Of a DNA stretch of 64,000 nucleotides, positions 63,811 to 64,000 are shown piece by piece. The position numbers and the translations under genes were made by a program. Source of the DNA: Narcine bancroftii (Eukaryota). Each line of letters starts with the position of its first letter. The stretch's first letter is position 1. The DNA lies in the NCBI RefSeq assembly GCF_036971445.1, contig NC_091470.1, forward strand, positions 291,710,001 to 291,774,000, written 5' to 3'. The notes beneath the pieces were generated by a model. That model searched no databases. It had not been told where the DNA came from and saw only the letters and a program-made list of their open reading frames with translations.

Positions 63811-64000
63811 TGTGGTGAACTGCTGTACACTCATTTATCTAGCTCTGCCCCATTCTGTGACTGTACCCATGGCTCCTCCCCTTGACCTTATATAAAGGTC
63901 CCAACACCATAATCCCTCTCTAGAAAGCCTTGGTTACAGCACAGGATGACGAAGGATATGTAAATAAAAGCATATTGTTCTGTAACTCCAGTCCTTCAAG
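63811..64000 (+). mobile_element. Related Gypsy LTR, truncated by window edge
   Basis: TGTGGTGAAC…gactgtacccatggctcctcccc…TATATAAAGG…AATAAAAGC…ccagtc, collinear with the LTR at 62776-62997. Confidence 0.75.

Noticed and set aside
57109-64000. MYBL1 exon 4 (…QCQHRWQKVLNPEL…)
   Set aside because: Not found; the region is mostly TEs, so the exon presumably lies beyond the window.

Overview
Vertebrate genomic DNA; the repeat complement (CR1, V-SINE/HE1-like, L1/Tx1, RTE) suggests a cartilaginous fish, which is an inference. Two host genes lie on the + strand in the same order as human 8q13. The first is a complete 3-exon VCPIP1 (VCIP135 OTU deubiquitinase; CDS 14090-16688, 31548-31634, 39300-40216, about 1200 aa). 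The second is the first three coding exons of MYBL1/A-MYB (50196-50215, 56456-56561, 57037-57108; the gene continues beyond the window). Each gene has a CpG-island promoter with a ZNF143/THAP11 motif. VCPIP1 also has an NRF1 site and looks bidirectional; MYBL1 has E2F/CHR-type sites. Most of the remainder is nested transposable elements. The most notable are: an ORF1-only 'half-L1'-like element with a perfect TSD inside a fold-back MITE; a 399-bp internally deleted RTE-derived SINE candidate; a 5S-rRNA-headed SINE; a solo LTR; and a Gypsy (Mag-like) element with no tRNA primer site, whose post-LTR sequence is instead complementary to its own LTR poly(A)-signal region. No prokaryote-type system, CRISPR array or intact RNA gene was found. 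All family assignments are from motif recognition by eye, not database searches.
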